64,000 bases of DNA. Origin: Candidatus Poribacteria bacterium. Its GTDB lineage: Bacteria > Poribacteria > WGA-4E > PCPOR2b. A program made the translations under genes and the position numbers. The notes under the pieces were generated by a model. That model was not told where the DNA came from. It did no database searches and saw only the letters and a program-made list of their open reading frames with translations. The stretch is taken from positions 576,001 through 640,000 of the forward strand of contig OZ242326.1 in NCBI GenBank assembly GCA_965208325.1, read 5' to 3'. Numbering within the stretch: position 1 is the stretch's first letter; the number at the start of each line of letters is the position of its first letter. Shown in pieces: positions 20,306 through 31,269 of this stretch.

Positions 20306-21601
20306 TCATGTTAAATAAGGTTTGATGTAGGCGAGCGTCCGTTGGGTAGCTCCCAGATTTTCCTCAATGGTTTCCATCGCAATTTTCCCCATTCGATCGC
20401 ACAGACCTGGGTTGGATAGAAGCAATTTAATCACATCAGCCATCTCTTCGACAGTATTGACCAAACGTGCCGCGCCCTGGTTTTTCAGTAGGTATGCTTC
20501 ATGCGCATTATGGATGGTAGGACCGAATAATATAGGTTTTGCCACTGCGGCTGGCTCCATCACGTTGTGTACGCTTCCGTTAAAACTTCCGCCGACAAAC
20601 GCTAAATTTCCCAGGCGATAGAGTTTTGCGAGCATACCCACTTTGTCAATTACGATTGCATCAATTTTGCTTAAGTCGTCCCCTGCTTTCAGCTGCGAAT
20701 AACACGTATGTGTAAGTCGTTGCCGATCCAATTTAGTCCGAATTTCTGAGATTCGTACCGCTGTAGGCTCGTGGGGGACCAGGATTAAATGCGGCATGTC
20801 CTGCGGCGAATCTAAGCGTAGGAGACGGCATGCTCCAAGCAGAACTCGTTCATCTGTCGAGTAAGTGCTTCCCGCGATTAATATGGGACGCTTTAAGGTA
20901 GATTGCCCGGGGAAGAATCCATCGTCGGAATCAACCGCGGCAGCATGTTGATAAACCCGATCAAAACGAGTATCCCCCGTAACTTGGATTTGAGTGTTTA
21001 ACGGGCAAATGCGGCGAAACCGTTGCGCGTCGAGGTTTGAGATAACGCAATGCACCGAAATGTGACGATGGACGCACTTGAAAAAAGACCGGGCTAAGGG
21101 CGTCAACCGTTTGGATTTTGCATGCAGCGATCCGGCGATGAGGATGATTGGTACCCCAAGTTTGGATGCGGTCCAGACTAAATTGGGCCATATGTCGAAC
21201 TTGGAAAAGACTAGGACGGACGGCTTGATGCATTGAATGAGCCGTTTAGTGTTACGAATGGTATCAAGAGGAAGATAAGAGGCCGCATCGAAATGCGGAT
21301 ATTTTGCAATGTTGGGATGAACCGAAGGGGAGAAGTAGGTTAGAACGATGCGCGTGTCGTCTTTAACGGCTTCGATTAGCGGTTTGGCTTGCTCGAATTC
21401 GCCAACGGATGTGAAATGAAACCAAGCCGTTCGGTCGAGGTCTCGTGTGGACTCCAACTGGCTTTTCAAATTCGTTATAACGTATCGTCTGCCGGTTATC
21501 CCCTCACGAGCCTTTGCGTTGAACCTTGCACTTATGTGGAATCCGACGAACAACGCGGGAACTACGATTGTGTTATAGAACGCTCTCCAAATTATAGCCA
21601 T
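20306..21601 (-). CDS. waaA: 3-deoxy-D-manno-octulosonic acid transferase
   Basis: WFH..SVGE, YLPLD, WPN, TGDTRFD, AGST, VGGSF, HNVMEPA. Confidence 0.92.
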   Translation of the reverse strand: MAIIWRAFYNTIVVPALFVGFHISARFNAKAREGITGRRYVITNLKSQLESTRDLDRTAWFHFTSVGEFEQAKPLIEAVKDDTRIVLTYFSPSVHPNIAKYPHFDAASYLPLDTIRNTKRLIQCIKPSVLVFSKFDIWPNLVWTASKLGVPIILIAGSLHAKSKRLTPLARSFFKCVHRHISVHCVISNLDAQRFRRICPLNTQIQVTGDTRFDRVYQHAAAVDSDDGFFPGQSTLKRPILIAGSTYSTDERVLLGACRLLRLDSPQDMPHLILVPHEPTAVRISEIRTKLDRQRLTHTCYSQLKAGDDLSKIDAIVIDKVGMLAKLYRLGNLAFVGGSFNGSVHNVMEPAAVAKPILFGPTIHNAHEAYLLKNQGAARLVNTVEEMADVIKLLLSNPGLCDRMGKIAMETIEENLGATQRTLAYIKPYLT

Positions 21602-21699
21602 CGAAAATGCGTTCCTTAACAATTGAACGAATGGACCGGGCGCAATACGTAAAGTGTTTCCGTTTTACGCATTGTTGCCTCCGTTTCGCTATCCATTAT

Positions 21700-22026
21700 C
21701 TACAACGCGGAGAGAATCTTTTCCTTCAACGCGCCTTTTGGTAATGCGCCGACAATCTGCCCTTTAACCTCCCCATCACCAAACACTAGCAGCGTGGGGA
21801 TGCTGAGGACGCGGTATTTCATTGCAGTTTCACGATTGTCATCAACATTGAGCTTGCCGACTTTGAACTGGCCGGTATGTTCGTCGGCAAGTTCTTCCAA
21901 GATTGGCGCAATCATCTTGCACGGTCCGCACCATTCCGCCCAAAAATCAACAACGATCGGCATTTCCGAATTTAAAACAGTTTCCTCAAATGTGTCGTCA
22001 GTTATTTCTAAAACATTTTTAGCCAT
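21700..22026 (-). CDS. trxA: thioredoxin
   Basis: VDFWAEWCGPCK. Confidence 0.97.
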   Translation of the reverse strand: MAKNVLEITDDTFEETVLNSEMPIVVDFWAEWCGPCKMIAPILEELADEHTGQFKVGKLNVDDNRETAMKYRVLSIPTLLVFGDGEVKGQIVGALPKGALKEKILSAL

Positions 22027-22323
22027 TGGGATTTCTCCTAATCAACTCATTTAATCACAAAAAATAAAAACCGAGGTGTTTGCCGCGCCGTGAACTTCTG
22101 CAATCTACATTGAAATTGCCAAACTCAAATATTTTTCAATAATTGTCAATGGATACCTAATATGATACCCTAGAAAAGAGGATTTATCATTAGGCACGCG
22201 ATCTAGCATTTGGGACGATGACGAAGCGCCCAATTAGTCTAAGCCGCCCGCAAAATTAATGGGGAAAACAATGACGGAGTGCATTCTTAACACTTTGATC
22301 GGTGCACCGCGGAGTGTAGTCTG

Positions 22324-23136
22324 ATGCTGATTCGTTCTACTTCAAACTTACACATCAAATACATTCGGATGTTGTGCGAAAAACGCATGGCGCGGAATAC
22401 CCACTATGAGTTTTTCGTAGAAGGAGTACGCGCAGTCTCTGAAGCAATCAGTCACGGTTGGAATGTGAAAAAACTGATTTTTTGTCCGTCGCTGGTCCGA
22501 TCAGATTGGGCAAAGAAGATAGTCGCTGAATCCGATCGATTAATTCACCTTCAAATTTCAGAAAACCTGCACAGCAAATTGTGCGACCGAAACGATTTAG
22601 AATTGATGGCAATCATTTCGCAAGTTGAGGACGATATTGACCGCATCCCGATTGAATCAAATCTTCTTGTCATCGCAGCGGAAAATCCGCAGAATCGAGG
22701 CAATTTGGGGACAATCATCAGATCCGCGGACGCTATGGGCGCACACGGAGTATTAATAATGGAGCCCGCTGTCGATCTCTATGATCCCAAAACAGTTCGA
22801 GCCACGATGGGATCTCTGTTTGCATTACCTGTAATTCGGATTAAATGCCACTCATTCTTCGGGAGTTGGCGTGAAAAAGTTCGTGCGGCTCTCGGCGCAT
22901 TCCAAGTCATTGGAACTAGCCCACATGCGTCAACAACAATCGACAAGGTCGACTTTACGGTTCCAACGCTGCTAGTTGTTGGGAATGAACAATCCGGAAT
23001 CAGCAAACAGCTTGAAACAATGTGTGATGCGTTGATTTCTATCCCAATGTCAGGGTCGGCGGATTCTCTGAACAGTGCGATCGCTGCGTCAGTCGCCCTC
23101 TACGAAGCCAATCGTCAACGAATTGCAAGCAAGTGA
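22324..23136 (+). CDS. TrmH/SpoU family RNA methyltransferase
   Basis: NLGTIIRSA, RATMGS, VGNEQSG, IPMSGSADSLN. Confidence 0.92.
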   Translation: MLIRSTSNLHIKYIRMLCEKRMARNTHYEFFVEGVRAVSEAISHGWNVKKLIFCPSLVRSDWAKKIVAESDRLIHLQISENLHSKLCDRNDLELMAIISQVEDDIDRIPIESNLLVIAAENPQNRGNLGTIIRSADAMGAHGVLIMEPAVDLYDPKTVRATMGSLFALPVIRIKCHSFFGSWREKVRAALGAFQVIGTSPHASTTIDKVDFTVPTLLVVGNEQSGISKQLETMCDALISIPMSGSADSLNSAIAASVALYEANRQRIASK

Positions 23137-23199
23137 AACAATCGTGCCTGCTATTGTTCATCCAGTCCAATCACCGCGTAAAACCGCTAAATTTAAAAC

Positions 23200-23304
23200 T
23201 TAAGCCGTCTTTTTTAACGTCTGTTTTTTTCTTTTTAGGCGGCGTTTTTGTTGCTGATGAATGAGTGTCCTTCGTCGAACTCGTCCACTCTTGCTGCGCG
23301 CCAT
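23200..23304 (-). CDS. 34-aa highly basic small protein MARSKSGRVRRRTLIHQQQKRRLKRKKQTLKKTA (below the ORF-track cutoff)
   Basis: Hand-translated; strong Shine-Dalgarno TAAGGAGGTGA just upstream of ATG; starts 18 bp after the upstream stop. Confidence 0.7.
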   Translation of the reverse strand: MARSKSGRVRRRTLIHQQQKRRLKRKKQTLKKTA

Positions 23305-23322
23305 TGAATCACCTCCTTACCA

Positions 23323-24366
23323 CTATTCATCCAACACCTTTGCAAGATAAAACACAGATTTACCACAGAGTTGTTCTATCTCTTGCATGGCATCGTTTAA
23401 TTGTGCCTTTCGAGGACATTGGAGCAGGAGTCTATCCGCCGTAAGGGTAACATATCGGTGCTGTGTTTTGTGTGAATATTGAGCTTGTTGTTCCCCATCT
23501 GTGGTGAGTCGATATCCATCTCCCAATTCGAACGTCTGACGCACTCTCTCCCAATCCAAGTTCTTGTACAATGCTTTTGCAGGCAACTCCCTCGGTGTAG
23601 GCGTCTGAGATGTCTGAGTGGGTTCATCTTCATCCGAAAAATAATCTGCAATATCGCTCGATTTTTGAAAGCCATTGTCTAAGCCGTCAGAAACCTGTTC
23701 ATCAATTGTGTGTATCTGCCGATCTCGAATGTTCTCACCCTGGCTTATCGCTAGTAAATCGTAAATTACCCATTGTATCGCTTCGTGCTCATCCCGTCCA
23801 AGTTGAGATTGGGTAGACACGGTTTCAAGCGTACGAACACAAATGTTCAAGATGAGTGGATGGAAATTAAGTGATGCTGGTTCAGCAAGATCAAAAAACA
23901 TTCGCGTAACCACTGCAATCTCCGCTTTTTCCCTAGCGCCAATACGTTTTAGCCGCGTTTCGCAGGCTTTAAGCGACTGGGAAATTAGTTGGAGGAAATT
24001 GGGTGTAATCAGGCAGGGCAGCACTTCGTCGCGGAATTTTTCAGAAATCGTTTCCATCCAATCCTCGCCTCGCGTCAATTCGTCCTGGTCTTCGGATCGC
24101 ACGAAGTTTGGAGGGGGGAGGTGAAGCAATTCACGAATTGCTTGATAGAGGCGCTCTGTATTAAATCTGACTTTCTCTAGTTCAGGTTCGTTAACTAGCA
24201 ACCCGCTTTTCATAATTCTGTCTTGTAACTGTTCTCCATCTGATTTTGCACTCTCTAGCATGCGCTGCTTTCTGAATGCCATCTGCCGCTGCCGGGATTT
24301 TCCAACCTGATTCCGTTTCGCACGTTTATGTGCAATATTGAGTTGCCGATTCTTTTTTCTCGCCAT
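23323..24366 (-). CDS. hypothetical protein with basic N-terminus
   Basis: Long ORF, likely start MARKKNRQ at 24366; no family recognised. Confidence 0.7.
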   Translation of the reverse strand: MARKKNRQLNIAHKRAKRNQVGKSRQRQMAFRKQRMLESAKSDGEQLQDRIMKSGLLVNEPELEKVRFNTERLYQAIRELLHLPPPNFVRSEDQDELTRGEDWMETISEKFRDEVLPCLITPNFLQLISQSLKACETRLKRIGAREKAEIAVVTRMFFDLAEPASLNFHPLILNICVRTLETVSTQSQLGRDEHEAIQWVIYDLLAISQGENIRDRQIHTIDEQVSDGLDNGFQKSSDIADYFSDEDEPTQTSQTPTPRELPAKALYKNLDWERVRQTFELGDGYRLTTDGEQQAQYSHKTQHRYVTLTADRLLLQCPRKAQLNDAMQEIEQLCGKSVFYLAKVLDE

Positions 24367-24660
24367 TTTTGATCCGGATGCCACGGTGTCAGTGCGCGTT
24401 GTTCCAATTTGTTGGATCGAACGCAGGAAAGTATACAAAATGAGCACAAAAATGTCAACACAAGGATTTCTAGGTTATGGTATGAAATCTCAAGCGTAAA
24501 ATGTAGCCCAAATAGATTCCGAATCCTTATCAATTCAAATGATCACGCCCTCATCTTTCGCGCAACGATCCTGTGCGGAAGCGTTTTGGATTTCACGTTA
24601 GTTGGACTGTGAAGGTTTAAATTCTGCCCGAATATTCCTTCCATCCAAATGCACCCTGTT

Positions 24661-27036
24661 CTAATGTCTTGGGCTAAGCGCTTTTGCAAAGACCTGGTCA
24701 ACCCGGTCTACAAACACGAAATCAAGCCCTTCTTTTGCATCATCTGGAATTTCTGCGAGATCTATTTCATTTCGCTTCGGAATAATAAAGGTTTTTATTC
24801 CCGCTTGTTTAGCCGCGAGGATTTTTTCCTTTACGCCGCCAATTGGTAGTACACGTCCTCTTAATGTAATTTCTCCTGTCATGGCAATTTCAGGATTAAC
24901 GCTTTGCCCAGTGGCAAGCGACGTGAGCGCTGTCGCAATTGTGATACCGGCAGAAGGTCCATCTTTCGGAATGGCGCCCGCTGGCACGTGTACGTGAATG
25001 TCATTCTTCCTGAAGAAATCCGGGTTAAATCCTAATTCTCCGGCTTTAGACTTGACGTAACTCAAAGCTGCCTGAGCAGATTCCTGCATCACCTCACTAA
25101 GATGGCCCGTCAAGACGAGTTTGCTTTCACCACTCATGCTTGTCGCTTCAACAAATAAAATTTCCCCGCCAAAAGCGGTAACCGACATTCCCGTTGCGAC
25201 TCCCACTTCTTCCTCTTGTTCGGCAATTTCAGAATGGAATTTGATTGGACCGAGGTAATCCGAAATCCCGATGGGGGTCACATGTGTAAATTGGGCGCCG
25301 CGTTCGGCAATCTTGCGGGCGGCTTTCCGGCAAATTGCTCCCAACTCACGTTCAAGATTTCGGACGCCTGCCTCACGAGTATACGCTTCAATCACTGTAC
25401 GAATCGCGTCGTCCGAAATTGAGAGCAATTCGCTACTGATTCCGTGAGCTTCCAATTGTCGTGGAATAAGATACTGTTTGGCAATTCCCGTTTTTTCATT
25501 AGTGGTATAGCCAGGCAGCTCCAGAATTTCCATACGGTCTCGTAGGGGGGAAGGGATGGTGTGAAGCTGGTTAGCGGTTGTAATAAACATCACTTTTGAC
25601 AAGTCAAACGGGGTGTCAATGTAGTTATCCACAAACGTATTGTTTTGTTCAGGGTCAAGCACTTCAAGCAACGCCGCCGCGGGATCGCCTCTAAAATCCG
25701 ATCCGAGCTTATCGATTTCGTCTAACATAAAAACCGGATTATTGGATTCTGCTTGACGCAGTCCTTTTATAATTCGCCCCGGCATTGAGCCGATATATGT
25801 TCTCCGATGTCCTCGAATCTCCGCTTCATCGTGTAAGCCGCCTAAAGAGATACGGACGAAATTCCTACCCATGGTTCTCGCAATTGATTTCCCTAATGAA
25901 GTCTTTCCGACCCCAGGAGGACCCACAAAGCAGAGAATCGGCCCTTTCATATCTTGCTTGAGCATGCGTACGGCTAGATATTCCAAAATTCGATCTTTGA
26001 CTTTTTCCAAATCGTAGTGATCTTCGTCAAGAACCTGCTGAGCATGAGAGATATTGAGTTCATCTTCAGCGCAGACTGCCCATGGCAGATTAACTAGCCA
26101 ATCCAGATAATTCCGGGAAACTGTGGATTCCGGAGAGGAGGCGTGCATTTTAGACAAGCGATTGAGCTCCTTTTCCGCAACTTTGCGCGCCTTTTCGGGC
26201 ATATTTGCAGCTTCGATTTCCTGGCGAATCTCTTCCACCTCCAGTAATAAATCATCAGCCTCGCCCAACTCCGTCTGAATCGCCTTCAGTTGTTCCCGAA
26301 GGAAATATTCACGCTGTCCTTTGTTTATCACAGCTTCCGCATCCGACTGTATCTTGCTCTCTAGTTCGGTAAGATCTAACTCCTTGGTAAGTATTACAAT
26401 AAGCTGATTTAACCGGTCTTTGATAGGAATTGTTTCCAACAACAACTGTTTATCGTCGGGTTTGAGATCGAGCACTGAGGTGATATAATCCGCAAGACGT
26501 TCCAAATCATCTAAATTATCAGCGATGATACCTAGCTCTTCCTGGTATCTTGACGATAGCTTGACGATTTTTTGAAACAGTTCAACCGCAGTTCGCTTAA
26601 GGGCTTCAATCTCAATGGTGGTTTCCTCTTTTTCATCTTGCTCAACAATTCGAACCTGTACTTTCACAAACGGTTCTGTTTGAATGACCTCTTCGATTTG
26701 AACCCTGGCACGACCTTGCGCGAGAATCAATACATTTTCATCATCTGTACGGTACTTAATTATATGGACTAACGCTCCAACCGGAGCAAAATCATCAATC
26801 ACCGGTGAATCTGTTTCCTTCAGTCTCTTAAAGACACAAATGCTTCTAGATGTGTTGATCATCGCATCATCGACAGCGGCTGTGACTGTCTTCCCAGATA
26901 ACGCTAGATGATGAGGGGAAAACGGCGGAACGGGAGGCATGTGAGGGAAAATGACGAGATCGTTCACAATTAGAACCGGAAGTTCTTTCGGAATCTCCAT
27001 ATCCGTTTTTTGTTCATTCACGAATTCATCCACCAT
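24661..27036 (-). CDS. lon: ATP-dependent protease Lon
   Basis: [30 protein letters not shown]. Confidence 0.98.
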   Translation of the reverse strand: MVDEFVNEQKTDMEIPKELPVLIVNDLVIFPHMPPVPPFSPHHLALSGKTVTAAVDDAMINTSRSICVFKRLKETDSPVIDDFAPVGALVHIIKYRTDDENVLILAQGRARVQIEEVIQTEPFVKVQVRIVEQDEKEETTIEIEALKRTAVELFQKIVKLSSRYQEELGIIADNLDDLERLADYITSVLDLKPDDKQLLLETIPIKDRLNQLIVILTKELDLTELESKIQSDAEAVINKGQREYFLREQLKAIQTELGEADDLLLEVEEIRQEIEAANMPEKARKVAEKELNRLSKMHASSPESTVSRNYLDWLVNLPWAVCAEDELNISHAQQVLDEDHYDLEKVKDRILEYLAVRMLKQDMKGPILCFVGPPGVGKTSLGKSIARTMGRNFVRISLGGLHDEAEIRGHRRTYIGSMPGRIIKGLRQAESNNPVFMLDEIDKLGSDFRGDPAAALLEVLDPEQNNTFVDNYIDTPFDLSKVMFITTANQLHTIPSPLRDRMEILELPGYTTNEKTGIAKQYLIPRQLEAHGISSELLSISDDAIRTVIEAYTREAGVRNLERELGAICRKAARKIAERGAQFTHVTPIGISDYLGPIKFHSEIAEQEEEVGVATGMSVTAFGGEILFVEATSMSGESKLVLTGHLSEVMQESAQAALSYVKSKAGELGFNPDFFRKNDIHVHVPAGAIPKDGPSAGITIATALTSLATGQSVNPEIAMTGEITLRGRVLPIGGVKEKILAAKQAGIKTFIIPKRNEIDLAEIPDDAKEGLDFVFVDRVDQVFAKALSPRH

Positions 27037-27523
27037 GATTCGCCTCCTTTAGGTCCTGTTCGTTTTTTATCTCTTTTTCATTCTGACGGCCAATTTCTTC
27101 CGATTGTTCACGATTGACTTTGGGAATATCAATCTCAAGGAAACCGCCGGCGTATCTGGCTTGAGGTTTTATAGAATCTGAGAGAACGTCTGGTAGTGCG
27201 ATAGATCGCTCAAACCGCCCATAGTTTATCTCGGCCTGATGATAATGTTGCTTTTTTAATGCGGTCCGATCTTGTCGATTACCGTTAATTGTCAAGATAT
27301 TCCCATCCAGACGAATTTGGATGTCCTCTTCCGCCTTTAGTCCAGCAACTTCAATCTTAATAACGAAGCTTTCGACAGTTTCGTAAATATCCATTGGCGG
27401 CCGCCACAGTGCGGTTTCTGGCGTCAATTTTTGGGCCGGCCGCGTAAAGGAGTCAAAATGGATTTCAAGCTCCTCCTGCAATTCAAAAAACCCCGTGATG
27501 AATTCACTGGGATTTGATTTCAC
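27026..27523 (-). CDS. Hsp20/alpha-crystallin small heat-shock protein, overlapping lon
   Basis: WRPPMDIYET, EINYGRFERSI.LP, A.Y.GGFLEI.IPK. Confidence 0.9.
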   Translation of the reverse strand: MKSNPSEFITGFFELQEELEIHFDSFTRPAQKLTPETALWRPPMDIYETVESFVIKIEVAGLKAEEDIQIRLDGNILTINGNRQDRTALKKQHYHQAEINYGRFERSIALPDVLSDSIKPQARYAGGFLEIDIPKVNREQSEEIGRQNEKEIKNEQDLKEANHGG

Positions 27524-27695
27524 CTTCTTACTCTCCTTTTGCGCGATGATTTTTTGTTAGCGTTTATCGGCGGGGAAAATCTTGGCGGCGTAAGGCGTAA
27601 TAAGTAATTTTCAATGCAACCTGCGCTACGTGATGTGCCGACCGCGAGAGTCGAATTTTAGCGGATTCACCGCTGCAAAATTAACCAAAGAAGTG

Positions 27696-28319
27696 CTATT
27701 CAGTCAATTCCGTTTCGTTCAAGCCTTCCCCTTCCTTGAGTTTCATTCCGAGGGCGATTAGATTATTCGCCAATGTCAAACGACTAATTTTATTGTCATC
27801 CAACGAGTCCGTCTCAGTAATTAACTCATTCCTCAATGTGTCGCAGTTTCGTCGCATTTGGTCGCGCAACTCAGCTATTTGAACGGCATTTGAATTGTTA
27901 ATTTTGTCAATTTTTTCCTGCACCTCCTGGACCAACGTTTCCGCCACTATGGAAATTTTGCGAGCATCTGCGATTACTTCTCCAATTACTTGATTAATCT
28001 GTTCATTGATTTTGTTTTCAAACTCTCTTAACTCTTCATGCAAATCCACAGTCAATTCGTCAATTTTATTGGCCAATTTTGTGTCGACATCTTGGGAGAG
28101 TGCATTAAACGATTGTTGGAGGTTTTCTAACTCTGTTTCTATTACACGGAATCGGTTTTCATCCTCACGCAGCTTGGGCCCAAGAATTACTTCGCGGATA
28201 GCATCTGCTGTTTCTGTGGAAGGCGCTGATTCACCGGTTGGCGAGGGGGCAATGGTTGTTTTTTCATCTTCATGCTCATCAGAGTCTAGCGTCGGACGGG
28301 CAGGGTCAATTCTACTCAT
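27696..28319 (-). CDS. hypothetical acidic coiled-coil protein
   Basis: AAGGAG RBS; heptad-rich helical sequence. Confidence 0.65.
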   Translation of the reverse strand: MSRIDPARPTLDSDEHEDEKTTIAPSPTGESAPSTETADAIREVILGPKLREDENRFRVIETELENLQQSFNALSQDVDTKLANKIDELTVDLHEELREFENKINEQINQVIGEVIADARKISIVAETLVQEVQEKIDKINNSNAVQIAELRDQMRRNCDTLRNELITETDSLDDNKISRLTLANNLIALGMKLKEGEGLNETELTE

Positions 28320-28454
28320 CTAGTTCTCCTTATCGGGACGGTTTATCGGACTGGCGGTCAGCACAGCAGTCTACAAGCATATTCTATCAAAGGCTTTAAA
28401 CGAATGTCAAAGAAATCAGGTTGATTATGGCACGCTTGCAGGAGTCAATGCTGA

Positions 28455-29552
28455 TTACGGATAATTATACAGATTCTCATCCTCATTGTGATGCTCTTGT
28501 GGAGGAGACTGGTTCTGCCGAAATTCACGGAGAATGCAATCGATAATATCTTTATTGTAGGCTTGAGCATTGATTCGTTTCTGATTGGCTTCCCACGCCA
28601 TTTGCGCGGCTGCTTCAAAATATTCCGCATGCTTATATGCATCAAGAATGTCTGCACCGCGTGAGAAGGTTCCATGTCCAACCCAACATAGTATATGACG
28701 CATTTCGTGACGTTGATTGGATGGTAAGTCTTCCTTTTTGAAGAGGCGCAGATTTTCATAAGAAAGCTCAGGTATACCTGGCGCTTTCTCTTGGACGAAA
28801 CCGATGCCGCCAGATTTTTCATAAATGATTGGCGTTTCTGGTTCGTAACCCCTCAAGAAATCGTAGAATCGTGAGGGACTCCCATACTCACTCCGAGAAA
28901 TTAGGTTCAAAAACTTCGGCTGCAAATGTACAAGCGCCTTGAACCCGTGATTTTCGAGTTGGTCAAATATCAAGAGATAGTGGAATAATTCGCTGGTTGG
29001 TTTGGGCGCTGTAATCTGTCCTTGTTCCAATATGGACACTGGAGGCGTGCCATATCTCATTCGGTAATGGCGTCCATCGTCATCGATTTCAACAATTGTT
29101 AAATTCAGTGCTGGATGTTCTACTGCAATGGCGTCTAATCTTGATCCGGACTTGGTAATCAGCACGCGCCGCCCCGCAAGCTGTTTTACAGTAATGGCTG
29201 CCGGCAAGGAGTAACGCGGGGATTGATCGCGCGGAACCAGACAGCGTAAATCAATGGCTTCAGAGAGCAATGCACCCATATTGCCGGCTGTTCCCCACAG
29301 ATAACCGCGGGCATGTGCTTGGCTTCCCATCCACCCCATCTGTCCAACGAGAACTCCCATTTCGCTATCGGACGACATCGGTTGCAGGGCAGCTTGATAT
29401 CCGCGCGCTTGCCACTGCCGGTAGCGGAAACTCCTCGGCGGAGGCGGCAGTAAATTGTTGGTGAGATAAGGATTTGATGGCGATATTCCACGCATCGTTT
29501 TTCTCCTAGTAACATGAATATTATATTCCGATTCGAAAGAAGAATATACCAC
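28455..29552 (-). CDS. class II aldolase/adducin family protein (rhamnulose-1-phosphate aldolase-like); start uncertain
   Basis: GTAGN, ITKSG, PTSEL, HLQP, PE, WVGHG, AEYFEAAA. Confidence 0.75.
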   Translation of the reverse strand: MVYSSFESEYNIHVTRRKTMRGISPSNPYLTNNLLPPPPRSFRYRQWQARGYQAALQPMSSDSEMGVLVGQMGWMGSQAHARGYLWGTAGNMGALLSEAIDLRCLVPRDQSPRYSLPAAITVKQLAGRRVLITKSGSRLDAIAVEHPALNLTIVEIDDDGRHYRMRYGTPPVSILEQGQITAPKPTSELFHYLLIFDQLENHGFKALVHLQPKFLNLISRSEYGSPSRFYDFLRGYEPETPIIYEKSGGIGFVQEKAPGIPELSYENLRLFKKEDLPSNQRHEMRHILCWVGHGTFSRGADILDAYKHAEYFEAAAQMAWEANQKRINAQAYNKDIIDCILREFRQNQSPPQEHHNEDENLYNYP

Positions 29553-29774
29553 GCTTGATTGAACTTATCAACTGTTTTCTGTGACCAATTTCGATCTAAG
29601 CAGATGTTCTAACTTGAGCAAAGCACCCCAAAAATGATATAATCAGATGGTTAAGTAAACATTCAAGGTTTGTAGATCTAGATACACGGTTTCAATACTC
29701 AAGACCAATAGCATTCAGATCTTCCCTTTGTTTCAATACAGCAAATATGAATAGAATTTCTACCGGAGGAGTAG

Positions 29775-31166
29775 ATGGACACACGAATTGAGAAGGACAG
29801 TATGGGTGAAATTGAAGTTCGCGCAGATCGGTATTGGGGTGCGCAGACGCAGAGATCTATCCAGAATTTTAAGATTGGCGGTGAACGGTTCCCACGCGAG
29901 ATGATTTGGGCGCTTGGAATCGTTAAATGCTCGGTAACCGAAGTGAACGCTGAACTAGGTCTGCTTGAAAGAGATAAAGCGGATGTAATTTTGAAAGCCG
30001 CACAAGAAGTGATTGACGGCCTTCTTGACGATCACTTCCCGCTTGTGGTCTGGCAGACCGGCAGCGGTACACAGACGAACATGAATACGAACGAGGTCAT
30101 TGCTAATCGGGCAATTGAAATGCTGGGTGGCAACCTGGGGAGCAAAGGGCCCATTCATCCGAACGATCACGTCAACAAGTCTCAATCGACCAATGACGCA
30201 TTTCCGACTGCAATTCATGTGGCTATCGCAGACCGCATCCACCATAACCTTATTCCAGCGGCGACTGTCCTACGTGACGCGCTCAATGATAAGGCGGAAG
30301 AATTCAATGATATCGTAAAAATCGGACGTACGCATTTACAGGATGCGACGCCCCTGACATTGGGACAAGAGTTTTCCGGGTACACAATGCAGATTACCAA
30401 CGCAATTCGAACAATCGAAAATTGCCTCCCACACCTCTATGAATTACCGATTGGCGGCACGGCCGTAGGGACGGGATTAAACAGCCATCCAGAGTATGCC
30501 GCAAAAGCTGCAGCGGCAATCGCTAAGCGAACGGACTTTCCGTTCGTGTCGGCGCCGAACAAGTTTGAAGCTCTCGGTGCACGAGATGCTGTTGTCGAGG
30601 TGAGCGGTGCTTGCAAAACATTGGCGTGCTCACTCAACAAGATTGCAAACGACATCCGTTGGCTTGGGAGCGGACCGCGTTGTGGGATTGGAGAGATTTC
30701 CCTACCAGAGAACGAACCGGGGAGTTCCATCATGCCGGGGAAAGTCAATCCAACACAATGCGAGGCGATGACGATGGTTTGCGCCCAAGTCATTGGCAAC
30801 GATACGACGATAGCACTCGCCGGCGCCTCAGGAAATTTTGAACTAAATGTGTTCATGCCTGTCATCGCCTTTAACGCGCTGCAATCAATTCGCCTTTTAG
30901 GAGACGCCTGCACGTCATTCACGCAAAATTGCATTCTTGGCATTCGCGCGAACCGCGAAAAAATCGACCAATATTTGAATGACTCCTTAATGTTGGTGAC
31001 GGCGCTGGCGCCTAGCATCGGGTATGACAACGCCGCTCTAGTAGCAAAAACAGCCCATACGGAAAACAAGACGCTGCGCCAAGTCGCACTTGAGTTGAAT
31101 CTATTGACCGAGGAAGAGTTCGATCGCTTTGTCGTTCCCAATAAAATGATTGGTCCAAACGTGTAA
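29775..31166 (+). CDS. fumC: class II fumarate hydratase
   Basis: [37 protein letters not shown]. Confidence 0.98.
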   Translation: MDTRIEKDSMGEIEVRADRYWGAQTQRSIQNFKIGGERFPREMIWALGIVKCSVTEVNAELGLLERDKADVILKAAQEVIDGLLDDHFPLVVWQTGSGTQTNMNTNEVIANRAIEMLGGNLGSKGPIHPNDHVNKSQSTNDAFPTAIHVAIADRIHHNLIPAATVLRDALNDKAEEFNDIVKIGRTHLQDATPLTLGQEFSGYTMQITNAIRTIENCLPHLYELPIGGTAVGTGLNSHPEYAAKAAAAIAKRTDFPFVSAPNKFEALGARDAVVEVSGACKTLACSLNKIANDIRWLGSGPRCGIGEISLPENEPGSSIMPGKVNPTQCEAMTMVCAQVIGNDTTIALAGASGNFELNVFMPVIAFNALQSIRLLGDACTSFTQNCILGIRANREKIDQYLNDSLMLVTALAPSIGYDNAALVAKTAHTENKTLRQVALELNLLTEEEFDRFVVPNKMIGPNV

Positions 31167-31269
31167 GCGAACTAACTTTACGCTTGAATTGAACTGATTG
31201 AACATTAGACCTCGAATTCTTTGAACGAATTGCGTATTGGCTTTATTGAGATGTAATTCGTCACATGTT

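Noticed and set aside
24661..27523. hsp20-lon overlap as a novelty
   Set aside because: This is a known, common heat-shock gene arrangement
28428..28440. TGGCACGCTTGCA as a sigma54 promoter
   Set aside because: The GG-to-GC spacing is too short, and it points into the 3' end of an opposite-strand gene
30437..31141. Long antisense ORFs (also 7531-8292, 8704-9321, 51881-52486, 52529-53116)
   Set aside because: They are shadows of well-supported genes on the opposite strand and carry no motifs of their own
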